The notes: generated from the letters alone by a model not told the origin. Shown: positions 43,665 to 54,134, counted from the stretch's first letter. The stretch is DNA of 59,567 nucleotides from Bacteroidota bacterium (GCA_039714715.1 JBDLIU010000001.1:1-59567), one strand, 5' to 3'. Program-made: numbers and translations.

Positions 43665-45788
43665 CTACTCTTCTTCCTCTTTCTTATGAGCTGCAATAAC
43701 CTCTTGCTGTACATTGCCTGGTACAGGAGCAAATTCAGCGAATATGCTTGAGAAGCTAGCTCTTCCCTGGGTAAGTGATCGCAGGGTAGTACTATAACCA
43801 TGCAGTTCTGCTAAAGGTGTTTTTGCTTTAATGCGTTGGTATGTACCCACAGCGTCCATTCCAAGAATTACAGACCTTCGGGATTGCAGGTCAGTCATTA
43901 CATCTCCCATCAATGTTTCAGGTACCTGAACTTCAAGATCCTGTATAGGTTCCAGTAATTGAGGACTGGCACTAACAAATGCTTCTTTAAATGCGGTTGC
44001 TCCAGCAATCTTAAATGATATATCATTCGAGTCTACTGCATGCATCTTTCCGTCGTAAATCATAACCCTTACATCTCTGCAACGAGAACCTGTTAGAGGT
44101 CCCTCTTCCATCACTTCCATGATTCCTTTTAAAATAGCTCCCATGTACCTGGTATCAATAACACCTCCAACAATACAGTTGTAGAATACGAGTTTTCCAC
44201 CCCATTCAAGTTCAACTTCTTCCTTCTTCCTGATATTGAATCCTTCAGGCTCACCCATACCTTCCATAAAAGGTTCAATCTTTAGGTGCACTTCTCCAAA
44301 CTGTCCTGCACCACCTGATTGTTTCTTATGTCTATAGTTTGATGATATAGCACGCTGAATAGTTTCTCTATACGATATTTTTGGCTGGGTCAGTTCAATT
44401 TCAATATTATGGAGTTTACTTAAAGTCCAGATAATCGTAGTGAGGTGTAATTCACCCTGGCAGCGTAGAAGCATCTGTTTAAGCTCATGCGAGTATTCCA
44501 CCACAATTGTGGGATCCTGGCTGCTCATTTTTTTCAACACTTCAACCATTTTTTCGTCATCCCTTGAGTTTGCAGCAACAATAGCTCTTCTGATTCTTGG
44601 CTCAGGGTATGCAATAGGTTTAACGGTTATAGTTTTACCTGCCTGGTGAAGTGTGTCGTTAGTTTCGGTATATTTAAGTTTAAGCGTAGCACCAATATCT
44701 CCACTTGAAAGGCTATCTACCGGTGTACGTTTATTACCATCCATGATAAACAGTTGGTTTACTATTTCTTCATCTCCGGTCCTTGAGTTTATTAATTTAC
44801 TTCCTGCTTTTATCATACCTGATTTCACTTTGAAGAATGAAATCTGGCCAAGGTTAGGTTCATGTAAAGTTTTGAACACAAATAAAGCCACAGGTCCATT
44901 TGAATCGGCAACTATCTGCTCTCCTTCGACACTCTGTTCATTTTCAAGATCTATAGCTGATGGCGCAACATTGTCAATGAAGCCCATTAATCTACCGGTT
45001 CCCATGTCATTTAATGCTGATGTACAGAAAACAGGGAAGAGGTCATGGTTTTTCATACCAAGCCTAATTCCTTGTCGCATTTCGTCTTCGCTAAGGGTGC
45101 CTTTATCGAAATAAAGTTCCATAAGTTCTTCTTCGTTCTCCGCTGCTTTTTCAACAAGTTCATTATGGAGGTTTTCTGCACGATCCTTTTCTGAGTCAGG
45201 TATCTCATGCTTATCAGGTTTTCCTCCTTCAGGGCCAAACTTGTACATTTTCATTTTTAACACATCTATGATGCATTGGGCACCATCAATCATCAATGGA
45301 TACTGTACCAGGATAGCATTCTTCCCATATTGAGATGTGATTGACCGATATGCTTCATCAAAATTGGCTTTTGGATGATCAATCTGGTTGATCACAAACA
45401 ATGTTGGCTTACGAAACCTGTCTGTATAGTTCCAGATTATTTCAGTTCCAACTTCCACACCGTGTTGTGCATTCACTACAACTGCAACGGAATCTGAAAT
45501 ACGCATTGCTGATGCAATTTCTCCTATAAAATCATCAGAACCTGGCGTATCAATGATATTGATTTTATAATTACGCCATTCTGTATGTACAGGAGTGGCG
45601 AATACTGTCATTTCTCGTTCTTTCTCTATTTCGTGGTAGTCAGAAACAGTGTTTTTACCATCAATGGTACCTCTTCTGTTAATTAATCCTGCCTCAAAAA
45701 GCATGGTTTCCACCATGGTGGTTTTGCCACTTTTATGTGCTCCCACAAAGGCTACATTCTTTATGTGTTTATCGTCAAAATTGTTCAT
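43665..45788 (-). CDS. elongation factor G paralogue with degenerate GTPase motifs (EF-G2-like)
   Basis: 707 aa with full five-domain EF-G-like length. G1 is GAHKSGKT. G3 is DTPGSDDF (Ser where trGTPases have the catalytic His). G4 is NQID instead of NKxD. Confidence 0.85.
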   Translation of the reverse strand: MNNFDDKHIKNVAFVGAHKSGKTTMVETMLFEAGLINRRGTIDGKNTVSDYHEIEKEREMTVFATPVHTEWRNYKINIIDTPGSDDFIGEIASAMRISDSVAVVVNAQHGVEVGTEIIWNYTDRFRKPTLFVINQIDHPKANFDEAYRSITSQYGKNAILVQYPLMIDGAQCIIDVLKMKMYKFGPEGGKPDKHEIPDSEKDRAENLHNELVEKAAENEEELMELYFDKGTLSEDEMRQGIRLGMKNHDLFPVFCTSALNDMGTGRLMGFIDNVAPSAIDLENEQSVEGEQIVADSNGPVALFVFKTLHEPNLGQISFFKVKSGMIKAGSKLINSRTGDEEIVNQLFIMDGNKRTPVDSLSSGDIGATLKLKYTETNDTLHQAGKTITVKPIAYPEPRIRRAIVAANSRDDEKMVEVLKKMSSQDPTIVVEYSHELKQMLLRCQGELHLTTIIWTLSKLHNIEIELTQPKISYRETIQRAISSNYRHKKQSGGAGQFGEVHLKIEPFMEGMGEPEGFNIRKKEEVELEWGGKLVFYNCIVGGVIDTRYMGAILKGIMEVMEEGPLTGSRCRDVRVMIYDGKMHAVDSNDISFKIAGATAFKEAFVSASPQLLEPIQDLEVQVPETLMGDVMTDLQSRRSVILGMDAVGTYQRIKAKTPLAELHGYSTTLRSLTQGRASFSSIFAEFAPVPGNVQQEVIAAHKKEEEE

Positions 45789-45960
45789 GATAGGTTTAAA
45801 TTTAAAGGGCCAACAAGATACGAACTTTTAATATAATAATCATAGGATATAAATCATTTGAAAGTAAAAAACTCAATATTTCATTATTTTTTTTATGATT
45901 AAAAAAGTTTAAGAATGTGATTTAGGTCATTTTAATTGAACATAGAAATTCGTAACTTAA

Positions 45961-46668
45961 ATGCATAATAAAACTACTGTCATGGAAGCACGAAAAAACC
46001 CTAAATATGATTTAATGAAGTATCGGGGCCTTTTTTTTAACATCGGTCTTACCATTAGTATTTTAATGGTTATTGTAGCATTTGAATGGAGATTTTATGA
46101 TGATCAGCAATTGATGAAGAACGGTACAACCACTGTTGAGTTTGTTGAACAGATGGATGTGCCTCTGACTGAACAACCACCACCACCTCCTCCTAAAACG
46201 GTGGTTAAAAATGTTCAGATTATTGCGGTTGAAGATGTAGAAGACATCGAGGAGGAAATTGACATAAACCTCGACATTGAAATGACTGAAGAAACTGTAA
46301 TTGAGGAGGTGATAGAGACTGAAGTGGGAGATGTGGAGGAAGAAGAAACTGAAGAAATTTTCGTTATTGTAGAAGATGCTCCTGAGCCAATCGGTGGCAT
46401 AGCGGAATTTTATAAATATGTGGGAGATAATATCAAATATCCCAGGCAGGCACAGGCATTAAATATTGAAGGTCGTGTGTTTGTTCAGTTTGTTGTTAAT
46501 AAAGACGGTAAACTAACTGATGTTGAAGTTGTTAGAGGCATTGGAGGTGGCTGTGACGAAGAAGCCATCAGAATAATTAAGAGTGCGCCTGACTGGAAAG
46601 CAGGCAAACAAAGAGGTAGACCGGTAAGAGTGAAGATGGTCCTACCGATTACATTTAAAATAATGTAA
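45961..46668 (+). CDS. tonB: energy transducer TonB
   Basis: N-terminal TM anchor, a PPPPPPK stretch plus a long acidic linker, and the C-terminal TonB domain YPRQAQALNIEGRVFVQFVVNKDGKLTDVEVVRGIGGGCDEEAIRIIKSAPDWKAGKQRGRPV. Confidence 0.85.
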   Translation: MHNKTTVMEARKNPKYDLMKYRGLFFNIGLTISILMVIVAFEWRFYDDQQLMKNGTTTVEFVEQMDVPLTEQPPPPPPKTVVKNVQIIAVEDVEDIEEEIDINLDIEMTEETVIEEVIETEVGDVEEEETEEIFVIVEDAPEPIGGIAEFYKYVGDNIKYPRQAQALNIEGRVFVQFVVNKDGKLTDVEVVRGIGGGCDEEAIRIIKSAPDWKAGKQRGRPVRVKMVLPITFKIM

Positions 46669-46674
46669 TAGAAC

Positions 46675-47067
46675 TTAGATAAGATATTTCTGAGCTCTCT
46701 TCTTTAGTTTTTCACGATCAGCAGTGATTGAGGGATCGCTGTAAATTCTGGAAGATAATTCACCAATAACTTTCTTTTTGTATCCTAATTCTTCAGCTAC
46801 CTGTTCGCAAAACTTGATCTCACTCTGAAATACTTTGCCGTCAGCTTTCATTAACTGAACTAAGCTATAGATATACTCAAATTTTTGATCATCGGAAAGT
46901 ACTTTCAGGTCTTCTAAAGGCTCAGGATTTTTAACTATTTCATCTATCTCTTCACCACTCATTCCGTTTACAGTACCTAACATTTTTATGAAGCGGGTTT
47001 CCTGCTCAGACATCATTCCGTCTGCAGAAGCCAACTGGATTAATGAACTTAATTGATTCTTAAACAT
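46675..47067 (-). CDS. TerB-family (tellurite-resistance TerB-like) protein
   Basis: 130 aa with two ADG(x)(x)SxxE / ADGKVFQSEIKF repeats typical of the TerB-like fold. Confidence 0.6.
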   Translation of the reverse strand: MFKNQLSSLIQLASADGMMSEQETRFIKMLGTVNGMSGEEIDEIVKNPEPLEDLKVLSDDQKFEYIYSLVQLMKADGKVFQSEIKFCEQVAEELGYKKKVIGELSSRIYSDPSITADREKLKKRAQKYLI

Positions 47068-47368
47068 GTCCTTTAATTATTTATTAAGCAATATAGAAAC
47101 AAATTATTAAAAGACAGAAATACATCTGATTAAATTTTTATAACTGAGAATTTTTATAGCATCTAACAGGATTTTTGTAAAAAATGAATAAAAACTATTA
47201 ATTATTATCAAAACCTAATGCAACCTTTTAGAATATGTTGTGGTCTTATTAAATAGATAAAACTAAAAAATATGAAATGAGCAGAAATTTAGCATTTGCG
47301 AATTTACCAACCGTAAATAATTAAATTTTGCGAATTCTATGTGACTCGAAAATTAAAATTACATACAC

Positions 47369-48049
47369 ATGAAAAGGACAATAACAATAATTTCACTAAT
47401 GCTTATCCTGGTTGAAGCATCTTTTGCACAGGAAACTGAAACAAGACAGCTCAATGATTTCACCGAGGTGTCTGTTGGTGAGGCAGTAAAGCTAACTTTG
47501 GTTAAAGGTTCAAAGAACGAAGCTAAAATCACATCCTCAAATATCGATCTTAGAGATATTGAAACTGAAGTATCGGGAGATAGACTGAGGATAGGGATTG
47601 ATGGCAGGCATTATAATAATATAGGTGTTTCCATTACACTTACATATAAAGAAATTGATGAGCTTAATGTTAGTTCAGCAGCTAATGCCAAAACAGAAGG
47701 TGCAATTAAAACCGAAAATTTTGAAATTACGGTATCCAGTGCAGGAGAGGCTAATATTGAAATTGAAGTAAAAAAACTAAAAGTTGATGTTAGTAGTGCT
47801 GGTGATTTGTGGCTAAAAGGCAAAGCCATTAATCAAATGGTTGAAGTATCGAGTGCTGGCGACTATGAAGGATTTGAATTAGTATGTGAGGTAGCAGCAG
47901 TGCGAGTTTCAAGTGCAGGCTCAGCAGAGGTGAATGCTACCAAAGAAATTGAAGCCAATGCTAACAGTGGTGGCTCTATTAATTATAAAGGGAATCCTGA
48001 TAAGGTTTATGTGAACTCCAGTAGTGGAGGATCAGTTAAGAAATATTAA
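47369..48049 (+). CDS. DUF2807 / head GIN-domain (putative adhesin-head) protein
   Basis: Signal peptide. Repeated VSSAG(D/E/S) beta-helix-like units occur five times, which is typical of DUF2807. Confidence 0.65.
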   Translation: MKRTITIISLMLILVEASFAQETETRQLNDFTEVSVGEAVKLTLVKGSKNEAKITSSNIDLRDIETEVSGDRLRIGIDGRHYNNIGVSITLTYKEIDELNVSSAANAKTEGAIKTENFEITVSSAGEANIEIEVKKLKVDVSSAGDLWLKGKAINQMVEVSSAGDYEGFELVCEVAAVRVSSAGSAEVNATKEIEANANSGGSINYKGNPDKVYVNSSSGGSVKKY

Positions 48050-48096
48050 AACCAAAACCCGATGTTCTTTTACATCTTTTCGGGCAAATAAATAGG

Positions 48097-49401
48097 CTAA
48101 TACTCCGCAACCTCTGCGTAGCCATTATTGTTGATAGCAGTAATGGCTACTTTTATTATTGAATTAACATTCTCAGGTTTGTGTGGTGCGCTAACCCTGA
48201 TGTAGTTTTCAGTGAAACCATGCATTTTTCCATTCTCAACATCATTTTCATATAAAACCTTGGCTGTTGATCCAATATTTTGCTCATAAAATGCTCTTTT
48301 TTTCTTCTCAGATAATGATCTCAGCATTTTCGATCTTTTATTACGCTCGCTTTGGGGCACAACACTTTGCATTTTAATGGCTTCTGTATTGGGTCTTTCA
48401 GAATAGGTGAATACATGTAAATAAGAACAGGGTAGTTCATTTAGAAATTGGTAGGTCTTAAGAAACTCTTCTTCAGACTCACCGGGGAAGCCTATAATAA
48501 CATCAACACCTATACTGGCATGAGGTATTGTTTTACGAATATATTGTATGCGATCCTCGTACAGGTCTTTTGAATATCTCCGCTTCATTGCCTTCAAAAC
48601 ATTGTCGGAACCTGATTGCAATGGCACATGAAAATGAGGCATAAAACGATTTGATTGAGCAACAAAATCAATAATCTCCTTAGTGAGCAGGTTTGGCTCA
48701 ATAGATGATATCCTGAACCTTTCTATCGTTTTAACCTTGTCCAGTTCTTTAACCAAATCAAAGAAACTATCTTCACGATTACCATTGCGAATTCCAAAAT
48801 CACCCGTGTTAATTCCTGTAAGTACAACTTCCCTGACTCCTTTTTTACCTAAATCAGTTGCCTCCAGAACAACATGTTCAATGGTGTCACTACGACTCGC
48901 ACCCCTGGCAAGTGGAATAGTGCAAAAGGTGCAGGAATAATCACAACCATCCTGAATTTTTAAGAAAGTGCGCGTTCTATCGCTTATACTGTAAGATGGA
49001 TTAAACTCATTTATGTCGGCAATATCTGAGGCATAAACACAGGCATGCTCCTTTCGCTCGAAGTCTCCAATCAAATCAAACAACTTAAATTTTTCGGCAG
49101 CACCAAGTACAGCATCCACACCCTCAATTTCTGCCAGTTCCTGAGGTTTAAGCTGGGCATAGCATCCTATAATTGCTACAAAAGCATTTGGTGAAACCTC
49201 CCTGGCCTCCCTAATAACTTTTCGACACTTTTTGTCTGCATTATCAGTTACAGAACAGGTGTTAATAATGAATATATCTGGATCTTCATTAAAATCAACT
49301 CTTTCAAAGCCTCGCTCCTGAAATGATCTGGCAATAGTTGAGGTTTCGGAGAAATTGAGTTTACACCCTAATGTATGGAAAGCTACTTTTTTCACGGGCA
49401 C
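48097..49401 (-). CDS. mtaB: radical-SAM methylthiotransferase, MtaB-type (tRNA ms2t6A37)
   Basis: N-terminal UPF0004 region VAFHTLGCKLNFSET...CSVT, radical-SAM cluster motif CDYSCTFCTIP, and a C-terminal TRAM-like region. The GTG start at 49401 or 49395 cannot be discriminated. MtaB versus MiaB/RimO is assigned from length and N-terminus only. Confidence 0.75.
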   Translation of the reverse strand: MPVKKVAFHTLGCKLNFSETSTIARSFQERGFERVDFNEDPDIFIINTCSVTDNADKKCRKVIREAREVSPNAFVAIIGCYAQLKPQELAEIEGVDAVLGAAEKFKLFDLIGDFERKEHACVYASDIADINEFNPSYSISDRTRTFLKIQDGCDYSCTFCTIPLARGASRSDTIEHVVLEATDLGKKGVREVVLTGINTGDFGIRNGNREDSFFDLVKELDKVKTIERFRISSIEPNLLTKEIIDFVAQSNRFMPHFHVPLQSGSDNVLKAMKRRYSKDLYEDRIQYIRKTIPHASIGVDVIIGFPGESEEEFLKTYQFLNELPCSYLHVFTYSERPNTEAIKMQSVVPQSERNKRSKMLRSLSEKKKRAFYEQNIGSTAKVLYENDVENGKMHGFTENYIRVSAPHKPENVNSIIKVAITAINNNGYAEVAEY

Positions 49402-49458
49402 AAAGGTAATGAAAAGCTGGAAGTCCGAACTCTGAAGACTGAAGTGAATAACTTAATA

Positions 49459-50391
49459 CTAACTATAATCGGATTCGATTATTTGCCTGATACCTTCAAC
49501 GTAGGATGTAGGCGTAAAGTCAAATCGTTGTTCGAATTTATCACTAATGAACATATAGTCCTCTTCATATTGATACCTCATCTCTTTTAGTTCTTTCATT
49601 ACAGGTATAAATAATCCAATTAGATTAAGCATAAAAGGGGAGAGGATCATTGCCTTTTTTGGCTTCTTGTTCAATCCTTTGGCAAAGGTATCAATCCACT
49701 CCTGGCCTGTCAGGGTATTACCCGCTGTAGGTAGGTGCCATACCTGATTGTAGGCATCTGGGGTGTTACCCAGTATGGAAGTTCCTTTAGCGGCATCCGG
49801 TGTATAGGTAAATGAGTGTTTGCAATCCAAAGGTCCCATCCAGTTGGGTGCTTTGCCTTGCGCCATATTGTTAAATACAGTCTCGGTTAGCATACTGGTT
49901 TGTTTTATGCCTGCACCATAATAATCGGCACAACGAGCTACTAGAGCAGTTAGGTTGCCGGATTCAACTTCTCTCAAAAGCATACTCAGAATTTCTTCTC
50001 GTACCTTTCCTTTTTTACTCACTGGTTTTAAGGGAGTTTCTTCTGTCATATTACCCAGGTAAGCTGGATCATACATGTAGATGTTATCAAAGAAGACCAG
50101 TTTACAGTCATGTAGTTTACATGCTTCGATTACATTATTCATAATAACAGGCCATGTGCTTGCCCATATTTTGTGATTATAAGGTAATCCAATTGTCAGA
50201 TAGGCAATTTCAGATCCTTCAACTGCCTTCAGAGTCTCATCTTTATCGGTAAGATCTGCACTGAACCGCTGATCTGTTTCATTTACTTTAGCCGGATTTC
50301 TGCTTACCAGACGGATGTCAGTTGTATAGTCGGTTAAAGATTTAGCAAGCTCGCGCCCTATAGCACCTCCTGCCCCAAGAATTGTTTGCAT
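49459..50391 (-). CDS. NAD(P)-binding SDR / epimerase-dehydratase-family protein
   Basis: Rossmann motif ILGAGGAIGRELA at the N-terminus. 310 aa, atypical SDR-like. Confidence 0.7.
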   Translation of the reverse strand: MQTILGAGGAIGRELAKSLTDYTTDIRLVSRNPAKVNETDQRFSADLTDKDETLKAVEGSEIAYLTIGLPYNHKIWASTWPVIMNNVIEACKLHDCKLVFFDNIYMYDPAYLGNMTEETPLKPVSKKGKVREEILSMLLREVESGNLTALVARCADYYGAGIKQTSMLTETVFNNMAQGKAPNWMGPLDCKHSFTYTPDAAKGTSILGNTPDAYNQVWHLPTAGNTLTGQEWIDTFAKGLNKKPKKAMILSPFMLNLIGLFIPVMKELKEMRYQYEEDYMFISDKFEQRFDFTPTSYVEGIRQIIESDYS

Positions 50392-50434
50392 AGTTTATTT
50401 AGGTTGTTGTAATGAACTTAAATACGGTATAACA

Positions 50435-51319
50435 CTAATTTTGTTTTACAACCTTTTGAATAATAGGGTTGAACGCCTTGGCAGCAACAATTACTTTGTC
50501 TCCAACATTCAGATCATTAGCAGTAGATTCTTCAGCCACAACCTTAACAATCTGCTGATCGATAAGAACTGTAACTACATAGATTACATCTTCTTTGGTA
50601 ATGTTGATAATTTCACCTGCAAATTGAAATTTACCACTTATATCCTGATTGCTATAGATTGCTGAAGGAGAACCCTGGTGTATGATTTTGCCTTCTTCCA
50701 GAATGAGCACATTGTTTGATAACTTAAATATCTCTCCAATATCATGACTAACCAGTATAGTGGTAAGATTGTATCTCTTATGCGCTTCTAACAGGTAGTT
50801 TTGAATACGCTGCCTCATCTCAAGATCAAGTGCCGCCATTGGTTCATCAAGCATCAATACAGCAGGCATATTGGCTAAAGATCTGGCCAGCGCTACACGC
50901 TGTTTCTGTCCTCCGGAGAGAGTGTCGGGTTTTTGGTTTTGGATTCTTCCCAAATCCATTAAATCAATGATTTCTTTTATCCTTTCAGTGGCTAGTCCTT
51001 TTTTAGCAGCATAGAAAATGTTTTCCTCCACTGTCATGTTTGGAAAAAGGGCATAATCCTGGAATACTAATCCTGCCGGTCGTGACTGAGGCCTAAGATT
51101 GACTGACGTATCTGAATCGAACCAAACCTTGTCATTAACAGTAATAAAACCTTCATCAGGTTTAAGCAATCCCGAGATTATCTTAAGCATGGTTGTTTTA
51201 CCTGCTCCTGAAGTACCATAAATCGTAACAAAGTCTCCCGTATCAATATTGGTATCAATATCAAGATCCAAGGTGCCACCTGGCGAAATAAGCTTTTTTC
51301 TGAACTTAAGTTTTATCAT
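50435..51319 (-). CDS. modC: molybdate ABC transporter ATP-binding protein with C-terminal TOBE-like domain
   Basis: Walker A GTSGAGKTT, signature LSGGQKQRVALARSL, Walker B LMLDEP. It overlaps modB by 14 bp. Confidence 0.8.
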   Translation of the reverse strand: MIKLKFRKKLISPGGTLDLDIDTNIDTGDFVTIYGTSGAGKTTMLKIISGLLKPDEGFITVNDKVWFDSDTSVNLRPQSRPAGLVFQDYALFPNMTVEENIFYAAKKGLATERIKEIIDLMDLGRIQNQKPDTLSGGQKQRVALARSLANMPAVLMLDEPMAALDLEMRQRIQNYLLEAHKRYNLTTILVSHDIGEIFKLSNNVLILEEGKIIHQGSPSAIYSNQDISGKFQFAGEIINITKEDVIYVVTVLIDQQIVKVVAEESTANDLNVGDKVIVAAKAFNPIIQKVVKQN

Positions 51320-51989
51320 TTATAAATCTTGATATATATCCTCCGTTTAACAAGTTTACAGCCAGTAAAACTGTAAAAGAAATAATGAAAAGGAGCAACG
51401 CATATTGATTGGCTGTTGCATAGTTTAATGATTCCACTTCATCATATATGGCAATGGATGCTACTCTCGTTCTATCCGGTATGTTACCGCCAATCATAAG
51501 CACTACACCGAACTCACCAATTGTATGTGCAAATGTTAGAACCAACCCTGTTAACAGAGAGGGCTTAATATTGGGCAGTAAAATTTTAACCAATACTTTC
51601 ATTTTAGAGCTTCCCAGAATATAGGCAGCTTCACTCAGGTGCTCAGGCAGGTTCCTGAATCCCGATTGAATGGGCTGTACCATAAAAGGTAGGCTGTAAA
51701 TCAAAGAAGCTAGAACCAGTCCTTCGAATGAGAAAATTAATTTCAGACCTAACCAGTTATTAAGAAACTCACCAATAAAACTGTTAGGACTAAAAGTAAT
51801 CAGCAGATAAAAACCGAGCACTGTCGGTGGAAGTACAAGTGGCATGCTTACCAGTGTTTCAATAACCGGTTTGATTTTGGTTTTTGAGTAGGCCAACCAA
51901 TACGATAGGGGTATTGATAACACAAATAACAATATAGTTGTTATTAAAGCTAGTTTTAAGGTTAGCAATATGGGTCCCCAGTCTAACAT
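51306..51989 (-). CDS. modB: molybdate ABC transporter permease
   Basis: 227 aa with 5-6 TM segments and the EAA-loop EAAYILGSSKMKVLVKILLPNIKP. Confidence 0.8.
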   Translation of the reverse strand: MLDWGPILLTLKLALITTILLFVLSIPLSYWLAYSKTKIKPVIETLVSMPLVLPPTVLGFYLLITFSPNSFIGEFLNNWLGLKLIFSFEGLVLASLIYSLPFMVQPIQSGFRNLPEHLSEAAYILGSSKMKVLVKILLPNIKPSLLTGLVLTFAHTIGEFGVVLMIGGNIPDRTRVASIAIYDEVESLNYATANQYALLLFIISFTVLLAVNLLNGGYISRFINDKT

Positions 51990-52384
51990 TTTGCCAGCAT
52001 TATTTCATTGGTTTTTACCATAGCCAATACCTGGGCATCTTCCACTAAACCCAGTTGCTCTACAGCATTTGATGTTATTATTGAGATCACTTCTCCGGCA
52101 TTGGTCTTCATGATAATCCTCGCTAAGAGTTTACCTTTATCCACAGAAGTGATGGTAGCGTTCATTCTGTTACGCAAGCTAATTTGCATGTTTTCTCCTC
52201 TCCCAATGATTACTTCAGTTTCTTTGAAAAGAACATCAACTGTATTGCCAACCTTTAAATAGTCGACTGAATCAGGTGTTTCGATTACAATTGACTTGAA
52301 ATAGCACTCGCCCACCTTAAGACTTACTAAAGATAAGTTTCCATTTATATCAATTTGTTCAATTACCCCTTTTAAACTATTCAT
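51983..52384 (-). CDS. TOBE-domain molybdate-binding (Mop-like) protein
   Basis: 133 aa with two TOBE-like halves (N(S/A)L.G.I ... V.V...I.A..V.L). It is embedded between modA and modB with 4- and 7-bp overlaps. Confidence 0.65.
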   Translation of the reverse strand: MNSLKGVIEQIDINGNLSLVSLKVGECYFKSIVIETPDSVDYLKVGNTVDVLFKETEVIIGRGENMQISLRNRMNATITSVDKGKLLARIIMKTNAGEVISIITSNAVEQLGLVEDAQVLAMVKTNEIMLAKC

Positions 52385-53169
52385 AAGTTGTTGTCTGTTA
52401 CTTCATAACCATGCCTGATCAATATATCCTTTGAAACGTCTGAGAAAAGATAATCATAAAATTTCATTGCTGAATTAATATTTGAGCTATTACTAAGAAT
52501 AACAGCGCCTTGTTCAATGGGGGAATATGAACTGGTGTCAACAATAAACCACTTCCCTTTGCCTTTCATTTTTGGCGCCATAGCCACAGAAGCTGCAGAA
52601 AAGCCGATATCGACCGATTTGGACAATATAAACTGATTCGCCTGGGCAATACTTTCTCCATACACCAATTGATTTTTCAAGGTATCAAACAGTTGATAAT
52701 ATTGCAGAGCCTCCATGGCTGCGCGGCCATATGGGGCAGTTTTTGGGTTTGGTATGGCAATGTGGGTGGCTTTAATAAGCGGAAGATCTTTTATGCTTTC
52801 AGCAGGTATGTCATTTAATGTCCACAAAACAAGTTTGCCATAAGCATAAACTTTTGGCTTGTTTTCTGTAAGACCCAGCTTATAGAGTTGCTCAGGATAT
52901 TTCATGTCTGCAGAGATAAATACATCATAAGGAGCTCCTGCCTCAATTTGAGCCGTATGCTTTCCAGATGAGCTGCTGACTATTTCTACATTTATACCGG
53001 TTTCATTTTCAAATTTTTCCACAATTTCTTCTACAGCAAACTGTGCATTGGCAGCAGTTGCAATAATGATAGATTCAGAATTGTTCTTGTTACAAGACAC
53101 CAATAAAACGGCCATAAAAACAGTCCAACCAAAAAGGGTATTTATCTTACGAGTATAGATGTTAATCAT
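52381..53169 (-). CDS. modA: molybdate ABC transporter substrate-binding lipoprotein
   Basis: Lipobox LLVSC. 262 aa with a periplasmic-binding-protein type II pattern (IATAANAQFAVEEI, SSSGKHTAQIEAGAPYDVFISAD). Confidence 0.8.
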   Translation of the reverse strand: MINIYTRKINTLFGWTVFMAVLLVSCNKNNSESIIIATAANAQFAVEEIVEKFENETGINVEIVSSSSGKHTAQIEAGAPYDVFISADMKYPEQLYKLGLTENKPKVYAYGKLVLWTLNDIPAESIKDLPLIKATHIAIPNPKTAPYGRAAMEALQYYQLFDTLKNQLVYGESIAQANQFILSKSVDIGFSAASVAMAPKMKGKGKWFIVDTSSYSPIEQGAVILSNSSNINSAMKFYDYLFSDVSKDILIRHGYEVTDNNL

Positions 53170-53186
53170 CTGAATTTATTTGATGG

Positions 53187-53194
53187 CAAAGGTA
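53187..53194 (-). promoter_or_regulatory. Bacteroidota-type -7 box of the mod operon
   Basis: The minus strand reads TACCTTTG, an exact TAnnTTTG match, 17 nt upstream of the modA ATG. Confidence 0.4.
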
Positions 53195-53291
53195 AAGGAC
53201 TGTTGATAAATTACGAGGTCAGATATTGTTAATCTCAGTTAATAATCAAACATGATGTATTAATTTTACGCCCTGTAAAAAGCTCAAGTTC

Positions 53292-54134
53292 ATGAATCGA
53301 TCAGTATTTGCCGGTGCTCTCTATCTGCTTCCCGTATTCTTTTTTACCCTGGCTTATTCGCCCAATATCACTGGCTGGAGAATTGGCGTGATATTGATAT
53401 TAATATATTTCATGTTTATTCCAGCCGTAATTCAACTTGGCAATAAGCTATCTGACAAAGGGCAATTGTTTAAAAATTGGTTTGATTATTTAGCTGTGAT
53501 AGCGATAGCCAATGTGTTGATAGGAGGAGGTGTAATCGTTAACTGGTTTTTCCCTTTGGTTATGTTATCCTTATCGGTGGCGATTATCTTGTTCTTAAAT
53601 CCCGGTATGGAGAATCCATTTGGCATGAAACGTTTAATGCTGCAATTTCTTATTGGGATAATTCTTTATGCTGCCAACTATATTGGTTTAAATCAATTTT
53701 TACCTGAGAATCTTTTCAACTCTCAAATTATATTTCCACTGCTTATGAGTGGAGTTCTGGTTCTGTTTCCATTAACTTCAATGTCGATTTATAATATTGC
53801 TATTGAAAATACCTGTTTGATCAAAAATGAAGATTGGGTGAAGTATAAAGTAAAGTTATTACACTGGCTTATCAGGTTGTTACTATTTGCTTTTGTAATA
53901 TTCTTTATGATATTCGAGGAATCACGTTACTCCGGCTATTTTGTAATGGCCATCATCCCTGGTTATTTAATGCTATACCTTGTTCTGAGGAAATTGATGT
54001 TAAAAAGAGCGGTAGAATTAGGTTCTTCAGTTGCCAGAATAAATCTTGTAAACACCACCGTATTAATTATTTTCTTCCTGTATTTTTTTCTGGATAAGAC
54101 CCAGGTGTTGCAGGCTGTATCTGCCGGTTATTAG
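53292..54134 (+). CDS. polytopic inner-membrane protein, hypothetical
   Basis: 280 aa with about 8 hydrophobic segments. No motif was recognised. Confidence 0.5.
   Translation: MNRSVFAGALYLLPVFFFTLAYSPNITGWRIGVILILIYFMFIPAVIQLGNKLSDKGQLFKNWFDYLAVIAIANVLIGGGVIVNWFFPLVMLSLSVAIILFLNPGMENPFGMKRLMLQFLIGIILYAANYIGLNQFLPENLFNSQIIFPLLMSGVLVLFPLTSMSIYNIAIENTCLIKNEDWVKYKVKLLHWLIRLLLFAFVIFFMIFEESRYSGYFVMAIIPGYLMLYLVLRKLMLKRAVELGSSVARINLVNTTVLIIFFLYFFLDKTQVLQAVSAGY

Noticed and set aside
44653-45114. 153-aa plus-strand ORF (plus 44440-44649 and 45649-45831) inside the EF-G paralogue
   Set aside because: It is antisense to a well-supported 707-aa gene. It has low-complexity Ser/Leu-rich translation and no start context.
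53170-53291. Possible molybdenum-cofactor riboswitch in the modA leader
   Set aside because: The leader after the -7 box is only about 10-17 nt. I could not find the conserved Moco-RNA stems or loops in the 122-bp intergenic region on either strand.
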